Positions 24,642 to 36,594 of a stretch of DNA of 64,000 nucleotides are shown one piece after another. The notes under the pieces were generated by a model, which saw only the letters and a list, made by a program, of their open reading frames with translations, made no database searches and had not been told where the DNA came from. A program made the translations under genes and the position numbers. Every line of letters starts with the position of its first letter. Within the stretch, counting starts at the first letter, position 1. The DNA is taken from NCBI GenBank assembly GCA_964035545.1, contig OZ037768.1:11688741-11752740 (forward strand), read 5' to 3'. Origin of the DNA: Bugula neritina. Taxonomy: Eukaryota; Animalia; Bryozoa.

Positions 24642-27442
24642 CTATTTCTTTATAAAATACATGGAGTTTTTTCTTGCTCCTTGTGTTATAGTTCCAAGTC
24701 CTATTTTTTCTGCCGCCATCAAAAAATCCTTGCATTCACTCGCAGTTTTGATTATTTTGTTCTGCTGCAGCGTCCTTGCTGTTATCACCTTCTCTTTTAG
24801 AGCATGCAACCTCTTTGTCGCATTGAGCTCCAAAAATTGTTCTTCGGTCATTGCCCCATAGTAACTGCTATTCTGCAAATTCATAACATATATTTCTTGA
24901 ACAGTCATTGGAAGGTTCCAAAGATGATTTGCTCCACATTTTCAATTGTTTTATATTTTAACAGCAGCTTCGCAACATATATCGTAATTGCTTTGTTCAT
25001 TATTGCAATTTTTTTTCGAAACACCAACCTCTTCAGCCTGTTCACCCTTTCTTTGAGGCATCCCAATGATATTTAATTTCCAACCATCAAGATGCCGCAT
25101 AACTGCAATTGCCTGTGTCATGCTGCTTGCTTGTACAATTCTAGTCCCTGGCACTCCTTCCTCAAGTGCATTGCTTGCCGCTTCCAGCACCATGGCCAAT
25201 CGTAGGACATAACCCTGCATAATTACAATCAAGCAACTATAAGTTTACACAATAAGGTGTTTACAAACATGTATGGATTGAGCTGCATCTATGATACTGA
25301 ATTTCATTAGAAAACAATTCTGGGTAAAAGAGATTCTCACACTTCATATTTTTAAAGCTTGTGACTTTGAGTTATCGTAACATAGTAATATTTGCAAATA
25401 TCTGTAGCGTTTTTTTGGTACATAGGCAATGAAATTTGTAAAAGCTAGCTTATAAAGTTTGTAAATTGCCGAAATTTTACTTACAGAAGATTTATTTACC
25501 AGTCCCAAAGACGGATCAGCTGCTGGGAGGTCAGACGTTTTTGCCTCCATCTCATCAAAATAATGTTCGAACAATGTTCCCGCTTCTGAATTTAGTTTAT
25601 AGAAGTTCTTCTGAAAAAGTGGCCTCACAAATATTAAATACTAAATAATGCAATACATACAATACATTTCAAGTCTCTTAACCAATTAAAATTTATAAAG
25701 ATCCAAATACATAATTTTAATGAAAATGAACTTTTTTACACACGATTCACTTGCATACAACTTATAACTTATCCAGTTTTAAAATCCAGCTACATGCCAA
25801 ACCAGTTACTAGCTATCTTGGCAGATTCAAATACATATAGACTTATACTATTCAGCATATATGCATTACTTAAAATTTTACCTCTGAACAATGGTGATTT
25901 TGAAACACCTTCAAAAAAAGATTGAACAGATCTTTCCCACTCTCCACTCGCTTTCCTATCTCTTGAAACTTTACATGGCGCTTTGTGGTGAAGCATATCA
26001 AATGGCGGTCTAAAAACCCGTCTATATCGCCTCTCTTCATGCGCTGGTTGAGCAGCCGAGGTTGAAGAAAGCCTAGAAGTTATATGAAAGATTTTGTATA
26101 AAGTTTCAACAGGTAAAATATATTATATACCATTGTACAACACTTCTTTTAATAAATAATAGAACAGTAGCCAATAAACTGCAAACTACAAGAAAAGGAA
26201 ATAAAGAAATTTTACATGTACACACTGAACTTTTGTGTACCTGTGTAATTTAATCTTGTTTCTTCTATTTCTTGTAGGCCTTGCTTGCTGTTTCGGGCCC
26301 AGCTCCCACCACCAGATAGTGTTAGCCAAACTCGTCTATCTAGGGAATCTGGTCTTCCCTTATTGTCTAGACATTCGAACAAGCCTTCAATCTCATCCAG
26401 TATATTAAGATAAGTTCCGTTATTGGTGGATAATTGCTCATGCAATTTTGCCATAGTGATTGTTTCATTTGAGCAGAAAAGGCGAGAGAGACATGGCTCA
26501 TTATCTATATATAAAGAAGTTCTATAGTAAATAGCAACAGAAAAATTTTTATCAGTAAAGTGAAAAAACAATGCTTATCTGAAAGAGCAGTTATTTTTTC
26601 CAGCAAAAGTTTAAACTGCAAATATTATGAAACATTGCATAACTACCTTGCGTTGAAAGTCCACTAAAACTTGTTTCAGCTTGTTCATTACACACAGTGT
26701 CTTTCACTCGCTTGAGGGCTGCCAACAGACACTTCAATGCCACTGTTTTTCGAGACCCTTTAGGTAACAGTAAATAAAAAATACTAATAATTTATCCTAA
26801 CATACAAGCGTGGGGGTTTGGGTAAAAAAAGCTCTAATCATGCTAAGCAAAAGACTGATAAATGGTTTTGAATAAAATTCTGTTCTCTTCATAATTTAGG
26901 CATTTTAATAGTCATTAGTTAATAAACATCAACATTCATGATATGTGATTATGATGTTTAACCTGGAGGAGCAGCCACTGCAGACCAAATTATATTTGGT
27001 TCAGTAAAGTTGATCTCATCCCTATGAGTTGAGACAGTAGAAATCCCCATCAATCCAGACACAATTGTGAGAACCGGTAGCAACAGCATCGAGATGTTGA
27101 CAGAGGCTTCTTTTGAAGTATCATCTAATAGCTTTACCAGCGGAGTGTTGGGGAGAACTTCCCATAATGGATCAGGATTTACCTGAAGTAAGTAAAATAT
27201 GGTTTAAATGATAAATTATTAAATAAAAATACAATTGGTCATTTATAATTTCCTAGAAATGTTATTCCTTACCAAGATATAGAAGAATAGTTGTATAAAT
27301 ATAATAATGCAAATCCATAGCTACTAATAACAATTCAAATACTTACATGTTCAGAAGTATCTGTAATAGTAATTTCAGTGCTTTCTACTGACATAGCTTC
27401 ACAGTTGAGATTGGTTATATCAGTATCTGCGTTAGTGTCCAT
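24642..27442 (-). CDS. Spliced DUF3987/YfjI-like P-loop NTPase (putative helicase), ~8 exons, ~480 aa
   Basis: Approximate exons 27442-27347, 27182-26963, 26757-26648, 26504-26241, 26072-25882, 25610-25485, 25213-25029, 24872-24642. They join in phase to give EPNIIWSAVAAPPGSRKT (Walker A-like), LNILDEIEG (Walker B), WLTLSGGGSW, NYTGFLQP, DGFLDRHLI and GYVLRLAMVL. The last intron is inferred, because it skips two in-frame stops. Confidence 0.75.
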
Positions 27443-27521
27443 CCTATTATAATTCTAAGTATAAATACCAAGATGGTGTAGTCTGGATGTAGTCTGTATC
27501 AGGCGAGCTTTACTGCTTTAC

Positions 27522-27912
27522 TGTCTAAACTGACAGCATGACTCTAACAATATTGCAACTACTAAAAATGGTTTTGTCTTATATACTAATCCATTTGATA
27601 AACATCATATTGTGTTGCAAGAAGTATTATTTCACATTTTAGCTATTTTGGGGTAGGATCTCACTATTTCAAAGAAGTGGGCTGAAGTAAACAAACACCG
27701 TGTGACATCACAGCTGATGCAAGCATAACTGCTGACTATGAATCATTCTACATGCGTAGCTACTGTTTTGGGGTAGTAATTAAAGAAGCATTAGGTTGAC
27801 TACTGGCAGCTAGTGGTTATATAGGCTAATTGAAGGTTGATGACATTGTGATTGTGCGTGATGGTACTACGAGTTATAATTCCTGTAAACATCCTATTTC
27901 ATAACATTACAC
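27522..27912 (-). repeat. Internal inverted repeat, left arm (~390 bp; candidate promoter/5' region)
   Basis: Reverse complement of 29275..29660 with a few substitutions and 2-bp indels; ends 80 bp upstream of the NTPase ATG. Confidence 0.92.
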
Positions 27913-28152
27913 TCGACCCTTTAATTTCTATCTATTCACTTAGAGGGAATTAACAATTATATTATTATGCATTTAAGATACTAAGCTAAAATACTAATAT
28001 AGGTATGCATGCAAAGGTTATGGGGTAAATAGGTAAATTAATTTGTGGATAGGCCTATCTAAATATTTGAGTGGAGCTAGTCTCACACCTTTACTGTTCA
28101 ACTCTGTAGTTGCTAGTTGCACTTTTACCTTACGAATTAAGTCATCTCAGTT

Positions 28153-29240
28153 TTATGTGTTTCTATCTTTACTTACACATTTGTCTTTACTTAGCCTGTA
28201 ATATTCATCTGAAAATGACCCTTTTTGTACCCACTGCAGTATAAGATGTTTAGCATCTGTCAAGTCAATAATTGTGAGTCTGGGAGTTATGCTACCTTTA
28301 TGCTTTACCAATCTTTTTCTTTTTGGGGTGATACACGCCAAAGTGGGGAATGTACCACTGATGTTTGCTTGCCTCACAATTTGTAGGTACCAATTCTGCA
28401 TCGCCATTGTTTATTATGTCTGCCATAAATGCCACGTAATCTGTTTCATATTTCTGGTCTTTAAGCATTTTAGTTTTGAGGATATCAAGTCTGTGCACAG
28501 CTATTTGTCTATTGTCTGGTAATTGTGGCTTAGCATTTTTAAATGACAGTGGCATGCTGTAATAATTGTCTTTTCTTTGTTTAATATTGTTGCGCATGTT
28601 ATCTAAAAACTTGGCATCTTCCTGTGACATTTTATGAGTAGCAATGCACTTTGTGTCAGTATAATCTTGCTGTAGGACATTCAAGATATCTGAACTCAAG
28701 TTCTGCTCATGAGCCATAGCCCTATTGCATGTGGGAAATGAGTTTGTTTCATGCTTACCACTATTGCCTACAATACACCATCCTAGAGGTGTTCTCAGAG
28801 CAAAGGGATCATTGATTGCAAGGCCTATTTTAGTTTCAAGTGGCACTAAAGCTCTGGAGCTGTCATACCCTATAAAAATTCATATCTCTATATCTAAACC
28901 TTGTGGTATTTTACCTGCAATGCATTTAAGGTGTGGCCATCTATTGGCAATTTCTGGTGTGGGTATGTGCTGCTTGTTAATTAGAATGCTGTCCGTACTG
29001 TAAGTCTATCCTACTTGTATCTGCTCATGCATGTTCAGTCCTCTAATAGTCAAGTTATTGTACACCTTACACTTCATTTCCAAGTTGTCAGCTGTCATTG
29101 TTGTTAGTTTAAGAGAAACTGGTTTGCTTGTAGCTGTTTATAGCTTACTAACAACTTGGTTGGTTACAAATGCGGTATCTGACATGCTATCTAAAAGTGC
29201 ATAAGTTAGCATTTCCTCAAGATTTACAGCACAACTATAC
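28153..29240 (-). pseudogene. Degenerate BEL/Pao retrotransposon pol fragment
   Basis: TYALLDSMSD (protease), PFALRTPLGWCIVG, YYSMPLSFK..LPDNR, WYIPHFGVYHPKK (RT start), then a jump to a post-RNase H-like segment (LTDAKHLILQWVQ). Contains stops and frameshifts; no LTRs seen. Confidence 0.85.
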
Positions 29241-29274
29241 CAACACTTTATTATCTCTATCTCTTACAAGGAGG

Positions 29275-29660
29275 GTGTAATGTTACGAAATAGGATGTTT
29301 ACAGGAATTATAACTCGTAGTACCATCACGCACAATCACAATGTCATCAACCTTCAATTAGCCTATATAACCACTAGCTGCCAGTAGTCAACCTAATGCT
29401 TCTTTAATTACTACCCCAAAACAGTAGCTACGCATGTAGAATGATTCATAGTCAGCAGTTATGCTTGCATCAGCTGTGATGTCACAGGTGTTTGTTTACT
29501 TCAGCCCACTTCTTTGAAACAGTAAGATCCTACCCCAAAATAGCTAAAATGTGAAACCATACCTCTTACAACGCAATAATGTTTATCAAATGGATTAGTA
29601 TATAAGACAAAACCATTTTTAGTAGTTGCAATATTGTTAGTCATGCTGTCAGTTTAGACA
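29275..29660 (+). repeat. Internal inverted repeat, right arm
   Basis: Reverse complement of 27522..27912. Followed by likely 5'UTR exons (donors at ~29764 and ~30201) of the transposase gene. Confidence 0.92.
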
Positions 29661-29780
29661 ACATTTTTTAAGTTTATGTAAGACTACCAAAGAGTAGCAT
29701 TATTTGAAAGACTGTGCAAAGCCACAGCATCAACATAACAGTAGATTAGGAGAGAGAGAAAAGGTAACAAACTTCTATTT

Positions 29781-29785
<5 letters not shown>

Positions 29786-29823
<38 letters not shown>
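29786..29823. repeat. (TA)19 microsatellite
   Basis: Read directly; it is (TA)20 in the duplicate at 36551..36590. Confidence 0.95.
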
Positions 29824-29827
<4 letters not shown>

Positions 29828-30888
29828 GATTACATTTTTATACTATAAAGTTTCAATAATATGGACTGTAGTTACATGCTAGGTTGAATTGTTATTTCAT
29901 GCTGCTATCTACAATTTATGATATACATTGCTAGTGCCTTTACATACATACTTATTATACTACATACATTTTGTTTGCGTTAATATCATTATGCCTTATG
30001 TTGTATCATTATTATTTTAGTTTTTACAGTCAGTATTTGATCAACATTGGTGATTCAAATAAACTCTGATCACGGCTAAAACCCTCCCTATTCCTAGTCA
30101 GGCTGTATAAGCTAGAGTGTCACTCTAAAGCAAGAATCATAGCAAAGAGTGTCATTCTATAGAGGGAGATCTCTGCCTGATTACATCACATTACGTAGAG
30201 GTAGGTTAAGTAAAGGGCAAAATTAGAAACTTACCATAAGAAGTCGTTTTCTTAAACCGAATTAGTGAACTTAGGCTATCTCAATTTTTCCACTGATCGT
30301 AATGCTCTAAATGTACATGTGAGTATTTGTCTGTATATATATGTATATACAACAATATTTTTAAAATTAGTATTCACACAAATGTATATTATTTCAAGTT
30401 TTTGCATAATGTTTTTTTACTCTAAATGAACTTCACACCCAAATTTAGTATGAGTTAAAAATACTTAAGCTACCTATCTCAATTATTTTACTGTTGCGCA
30501 GCAATATTGCTATATTTTGCTTTCAATCTTAGAATTAGGACATGTACATTAAAAGTTTTTACTTGATATTTCAATTGTGCAATTCATTCAATATACTTTT
30601 AAAGTTATATATAATTTGCTGGATGTACATCTATATTTTTTTATAAGACAAGTTGTTGTATTTCTAGTATAATTAATTGAAATGCATCTGACAAATGTAT
30701 AGTTGTAGTTGAAGTTTAAAAAAAAATTTGTGATCTAATGAAAAAGTTTGTAGTGGTAATAGTTTTCTTTGCCACATATATAAATAGTTCTACAGTATAA
30801 TCATACGTTACATAACTACTTTCAAAAAGACACTTCAACATATTTCTAACTATATGAGTATCATTTTATAGATACTACAAACATTGAC

Positions 30889-33369
30889 ATGCCTCAGTTT
30901 ACCCTGATAGCTGGAATAATGCCATTGTTTGCTTATGCATACTTTGCTGTCCCAGAGGGAACTCCTTTCAGATGGAAGAAAATTACCAGTTACATTAAAG
31001 ACCATTTGGCCAAGATTCAAAGCTATGGAGAGCTTACAAAAATAACTGTGAGTGTTTCTGTTGATTTAGAAACTAGCTTACGACAATATAATTGATTCAC
31101 TAGAAATTTAATAATTTTGTATTTGAAGTTTTTCTAAATATTTTTTGAGAGATGTAATGAAAAAAAAGAAATGTTGTAAATTAACTGAATATCATACACC
31201 GTTGTTAGTAAAATATCATCGCACAACAGTAAATACGATAACTTTGGTTAAATGCTTAGTTTAAAGTAATGAGATATTGGCAGAAACTCTAGGTAATCGC
31301 ATGGCTTCCTGTAGAAAGCTAGTCACATATGGAAATTTTTGAAAACACCCTTTTAATGTTTATGAATTGGATAAGAGGCAATGTGTATTACAAAATAAAA
31401 TGTTTTAAATTTAAAATTAGGTTGGAGCTGGAAAGCATAAAGAGAGTAACTATGAGTGCAGCAGTTTTTACAAAGAAGTGTTCCGGATCATTGGGGAAGA
31501 TAATTTGATGGTGTACAACCTTCCTTTAAAATCTCATATGGTGTTTTTACCAAAAAAGAAGCTATGTTGTGACCAGGTCGGTTAATATTTAAATCATTAA
31601 AAGTATTTCATTAGTGTATATGCGTATCTGGTATTATATATTATGAATAGCTAGCAGAGTTGGGGTAGTTGTAATTGGTTGTAATTAATTACATTTACTA
31701 AAGTAATTGAATGTAATTTGTAATTGATGTATAAGAATTTGATTGTAATTGTAATTAATAAAGAATTGCTAATGTTTTTGAATTTAATGTCATATTTATC
31801 AACCTATTTTTTACTGTTAAGAACAAAGAAGGTTTTCAGTTGTCAAAATTGCCCCAGAAATGAGATTAAATAACATTTAGTACTCTTTTGTTAGGACAAA
31901 TAATCTTGTAATTGTAATTAATTACATTACCATGTAATTGACTCCAACCTTGATAGCTAGAGTAGTAAAAAACCTTTGTACCAGTGTATGTTATCAACTT
32001 TTCACTAATGTAGATTATGAAGATAGACAAAGATCGGCCATCGGAAGTTGTAGTGTATACACGAGATGGTATGTCAACAGCACAAGTGTATCACACTACG
32101 TGCAGCAAATGTAAGACTGCATATTTTCCAACTTATGAAGAAACCAACACCAGCAGAACATTCTACACAACATCAAAGGACGATAAAATTATGATGACAA
32201 GCCGGTCAACAGCCTTTACATTGGATTACCTTAAAGAAGTGCTAGTTGATATTCAACTAGGTCGCAGCTTTGGGGAGCTCTGTGAGCGATACAGTAAGCT
32301 GTATGGCTCAGATGAGTACAGAGGAGAAGTTTTTAAAACCAGACTAGAAGATGTTTATTTTATAGCCCAGCTATTAAAATACTTCAATAACAATGTCAGC
32401 TTCTCAAAAGATAATATAGCTAACCGGCTTGCCATAGATGACGTGTGTGATGAAGCAGCTGAAATAATATTCGCACAGAACAGTAAATGGGCTGCTCACA
32501 ATTGTAAAATAAAAGGTTGCTCAGAGGGATTTGTTATGTGTGATGGCAATGAAAAAATAAACAGAAGAATTTGTGCTGCTCCTAAACAACATTTTAAGTT
32601 AGGGAAGGGAATGCCCAACACTATAGGTTGCTGCCCAAACACACCAACTTTAGGAGGAAAAAACAAATCCTCGTCGGTATATTGCAAAGATCATCAATTT
32701 TTAGATTCAGACATTGTTGACAAACACATCATAGTGACAATTAATGTGCCAGATCAAGCTGTATCATCTAGGATTGTTGATGTGAGTAAAGATGTGGTAA
32801 AGATGCAAGAAGAAGATGAAAATATTGGCTGCAAAAAAACAAAGAATATAACTAGATTTCATCAAAAAACAGCTGGGATTATGGCCATTGTCAAGCCCTG
32901 TGGGATAATCATAGATCATCGGGAGATGTACACTTGTGAATCGGCAAGCCAACTCTTTGTCCAGTTGTTGAAGTTAATAGATGATCATGGAGACAAGTTG
33001 AAATATGTGGGCTATGACAGGGCATGTGAATTTCAGCCATTTGTGGAGCGACTGCATAAGAACGGAAATGCTGGTGCTGCTGAGCTCAGCAAGTTGAAAT
33101 ATCTGGTAGACAGATTTCACATCAGAGGTCATACAAAAGCAGAGTGTGACATTTCCCAAGCCTCATGCAAATACCATCCAGATTTGCCGATCTTCACGGA
33201 AATAAGTGCAGCAAACACAGAATGTGCAGAGCAAACATTCTCCTGGCTAAAGAAGTATAAGCATACCGTTAAATACATGACTGCGGCAAAATTTCGGTTT
33301 TTCCTATACTCAATAATAGAGGACCGGAATACAGAAATCCACCAACAGCAAAAAGGAAAATTTCTTTGA
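30889..33369 (+). CDS. KDZ (Kyakuja-Dileera-Zisupton) transposase, CxC5/CxC6-like, 3 coding exons, ~556 aa
   Basis: Exons 30889-31047, 31421-31576 and 32014-33369, all phase 0. Cys clusters P..LCC..VYTRDG..CSKCKTAYFPTY and HNCKIKGC, then VMCDG, KPCGIII..E..ES, YDRAC, VDRFH..GH...C and NTECAEQTFSWL, which is the KDZ catalytic pattern. No disabling stops. Confidence 0.85.
31655..31952. mobile_element. hAT-type MITE in transposase intron 2
   Basis: 8-bp TSD ATAGCTAG (31647-31654 / 31953-31960). Termini CAGAGTTGGGGT vs reverse complement CAAGGTTGGAGT; internal GTAATT repeats. Confidence 0.8.
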
Positions 33370-33558
33370 AATAACACTTATTTTTATTTCTATATAGTTT
33401 AAATTTTTTTACTTTACCATAATTTTACTTATTATTATCTGAATTCCTTGTGAAAAAAACATAAATGTTAACAATTCTGACAGCTCAACATGTAAAATAT
33501 ATTTAAAACATTGTCTTAACATTTCCAACAAGCAAGTCAACATAATTGAAAATAGCTT

Positions 33559-35439
33559 TGTCTAACACTTTCAACAAATATCTGAAAGTGTTGATATATA
33601 AAAGCATTGAATTTCCAACAATCTAACAATCTAACAAAATAATCAGATAGGGCTCTGTCTAACACTTTCAACAAATCTCCAACACTTTTTTATATATAAA
33701 AGCATTGAATTTTCAACAATCTAACAATCTAACAGAATAATCAGATAGGGCTCTGTCTAACACTTTCAACAAATCTCCAACACTTTTTTATATATAAAAG
33801 CATTGAATTTTCAACAATCTAACAATCTAACAAAATAATCAGATAGGGCTCTGTCTAACACTTTCAACAAATCTCCAACACTTTTTTTATATATAAAGCA
33901 TTGGATTTTCAACAATCTAACAATCTAACAAAATAATCAGATAGGGCTCTGTCTAACACTTTCAACAAATCTCCAAAAGTGTAGATATATAAAAGCATTG
34001 AATTTCCAACAATCTAACAATCTAACAAAATAATCAGATAGGGCTCTGTCTAACACTTTCAACAAATCTTCAACACTTTTTTATATATAAAAGCATTGGA
34101 TTTTCAACAATCTAACAAAATAATCAAATAGGGCTCTGTCTAACACTTTCAACAAATCTCCAACACTTTTTTATATATAAAAGCATTGGATTTTCAACAA
34201 TCTAACAATCTAACAAAATAATCAGATAGGGCTCTGTCTAACACTTTCAACAAATCTCCAACACTTTTTTATATATAAAAGCATTGGATTTTCAACAATC
34301 TAACAATCTAACAAAATAATCAGATAGGGCTCTGTCTAACACTTTCAACAAATCTTCAACACTTTTTTATATATAAAAGCATTGGATTTTCAACAATCTA
34401 ACAATCTAACAAAATAATCAGATAGGGCTCTGTCTAACACTTTCAACAAATCTCCAAAAGTGTAGATATATAAAAGCATTGAATTTTCAACAATCTAACA
34501 AAATAATCAGATAGGGCTCTGTCTAACACTTTCAACAAATCTCCAACACTTTTTTATATATAAAAGCATTGAATTTTCAACAATCTAACAATCTAACAAA
34601 ATAATCAGATAGGGCTCTGTCTAACACTTTCAACAAATCTCCAACACTTTTTTTATATATAAAGCATTGGATTTTCAACAATCTAACAATCTAACAAAAT
34701 AATCAGATAGGGCTCTGTCTAACACTTTCAACAAATCTCCAACACTTTTTTTATATATAAAGCATTGGATTTTCAACAATCTAACAATCTAACAAAATAA
34801 TCAGATAGGGCTCTGTCTAACACTTTCAACAAATCTTCAACACTTTTTTATATATAAAAGCATTGGATTTTCAACAATCTAACAATCTAACAAAATAATC
34901 AGATAGGGCTCTGTCTAACACTTTCAACAAATCTCCAACACTTTTTTATATATAAAAGCATTGAATTTTCAACAATCTAACAATCTAACAAAATAATCAG
35001 ATAGGGCTCTGTCTAACACTTTCAACAAATCTCCAACACTTTTTTATATATAAAAGCATTGAATATTCAACAATCTAACAATCTAACAAAATAATCAGAT
35101 AGGGCTCTGTCTAACACTTTCAACAAATCTCCAAAAGTGTAGATATATAAAAGCATTGAATTTTCAACAATCTAACAATCTAACAAAATAATCAAATAGA
35201 GCTCTGTCTAACACTTTCAACAAATCTCCAACACTTTTTTATATATAAAAGCATTGGATTTTCAACAATCTAACAATCTAACAAAATAATCAGATAGGGC
35301 TCTGTCTAACACTTTCAACAAATCTCCAACACTTTTTTATATATAAAAGCATTGAATTTTCAACAATCTAACAATCTAACAAAATAATCAGATAGGGCTC
35401 TGTCTATCACTTTCAACAAATCTCCAACAATCTAACAAA
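33559..35439 (-). repeat. Right subterminal array 1: inverted 98-bp unit, ~19 copies
   Basis: Reverse complement of the left-array unit; a few units lack one 8-bp CAATCTAA. Confidence 0.97.
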
Positions 35440-35573
35440 TATGATACACTAGTCAGCCCTTGTCTAACAGTTGTATCCATAGCTCTCTACAATTCCAAAT
35501 ATGTTGGTAGGACTCATCTAACACAAGTCAAAAGCTTTCAACAAAAATGCTATTCAGTGAGGAATTTTTAGTC

Positions 35574-35599
35574 AAAATCTCCATTTCTGCACCTAACTG
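35574..35599 (-). repeat. Right TIR, internal copy
   Basis: AAAATCTCCATTTCTGCACCTAACTG, joined directly to TTCAAGTGGC, which is the sequence from 28835. Confidence 0.85.
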
Positions 35600-36545
35600 T
35601 TCAAGTGGCACTAAAGCTCTGGAGCTGTCATACCCTATAAAAATTCATATCTCTATATCTAAACCTTGTGGTATTTTACCTGCAATGCATTTAAGGTGTG
35701 GCCATCTATTGGCAATTTCTGGTGTGGGTATGTGCTGCTTGTTAATTAGAATGCTGTCCGTACTGTAAGTCTATCCTACTTGTATCTGCTCATGCATGTT
35801 CAGTCCTCTAATAGTCAAGTTATTGTACACCTTACACTTCATTTCCAAGTTGTCAGCTGTCATTGTTGTTAGTTTAAGAGAAACTGGTTTGCTTGTAGCT
35901 GTTTATAGCTTACTAACAACTTGGTTGGTTACAAATGCGGTATCTGACATGCTATCTAAAAGTGCATAAGTTAGCATTTCCTCAAGATTTACAGCACAAC
36001 TATACCAACACTTTATTATCTCTATCTCTTACAAGGAGGGTGTAATGTTACGAAATAGGATGTTTACAGGAATTATAACTCGTAGTACCATCACGCACAA
36101 TCACAATGTCATCAACCTTCAATTAGCCTATATAACCACTAGCTGCCAGTAGTCAACCTAATGCTTCTTTAATTACTACCCCAAAACAGTAGCTACGCAT
36201 GTAGAATGATTCATAGTCAGCAGTTATGCTTGCATCAGCTGTGATGTCACAGGTGTTTGTTTACTTCAGCCCACTTCTTTGAAACAGTAAGATCCTACCC
36301 CAAAATAGCTAAAATGTGAAACCATACCTCTTACAACGCAATAATGTTTATCAAATGGATTAGTATATAAGACAAAACCATTTTTAGTAGTTGCAATATT
36401 GTTAGTCATGCTGTCAGTTTAGACAACATTTTTTAAGTTTATGTAAGACTACCAAAGAGTAGCATTATTTGAAAGACTGTGCAAAGCCACAGCATCAACA
36501 TAACAGTAGATTAGGAGAGAGAGAAAAGGTAACAAACTTCTATTT

Positions 36546-36594
<49 letters not shown>

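Larger units (their letters stand above)
28835..35599 (+). repeat. Tandem duplication unit 1 (6765 bp)
   Basis: Repeated at 35600..42366 (6767 bp). The offset changes from 6765 to 6767 at the TA microsatellite. Confidence 0.95.

Noticed and set aside
24909-24953. In-frame stops suggesting the NTPase gene is a pseudogene
   Set aside because: A plausible phase-0 intron (GAG|GTTGGT...TTGCAG|AAT) removes them and the other exons are clean. Unresolved without RNA data.
27522-29660. Independent Pack-MULE/foldback element with 390-bp TIRs
   Set aside because: No TSD at the outer ends (GCTTTAC vs ACATTTT), and the arms abut both gene starts. Disfavoured but not excluded.
32496-33377. Short minus-strand ORFs within the transposase (and their duplicates)
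   Set aside because: Antisense shadows of a real coding exon.
35547-35768. 73-aa ORF across the duplication junction, and the related 28725..29003 ORF
   Set aside because: Chance antisense frame of the BEL fragment fused to terminal sequence.
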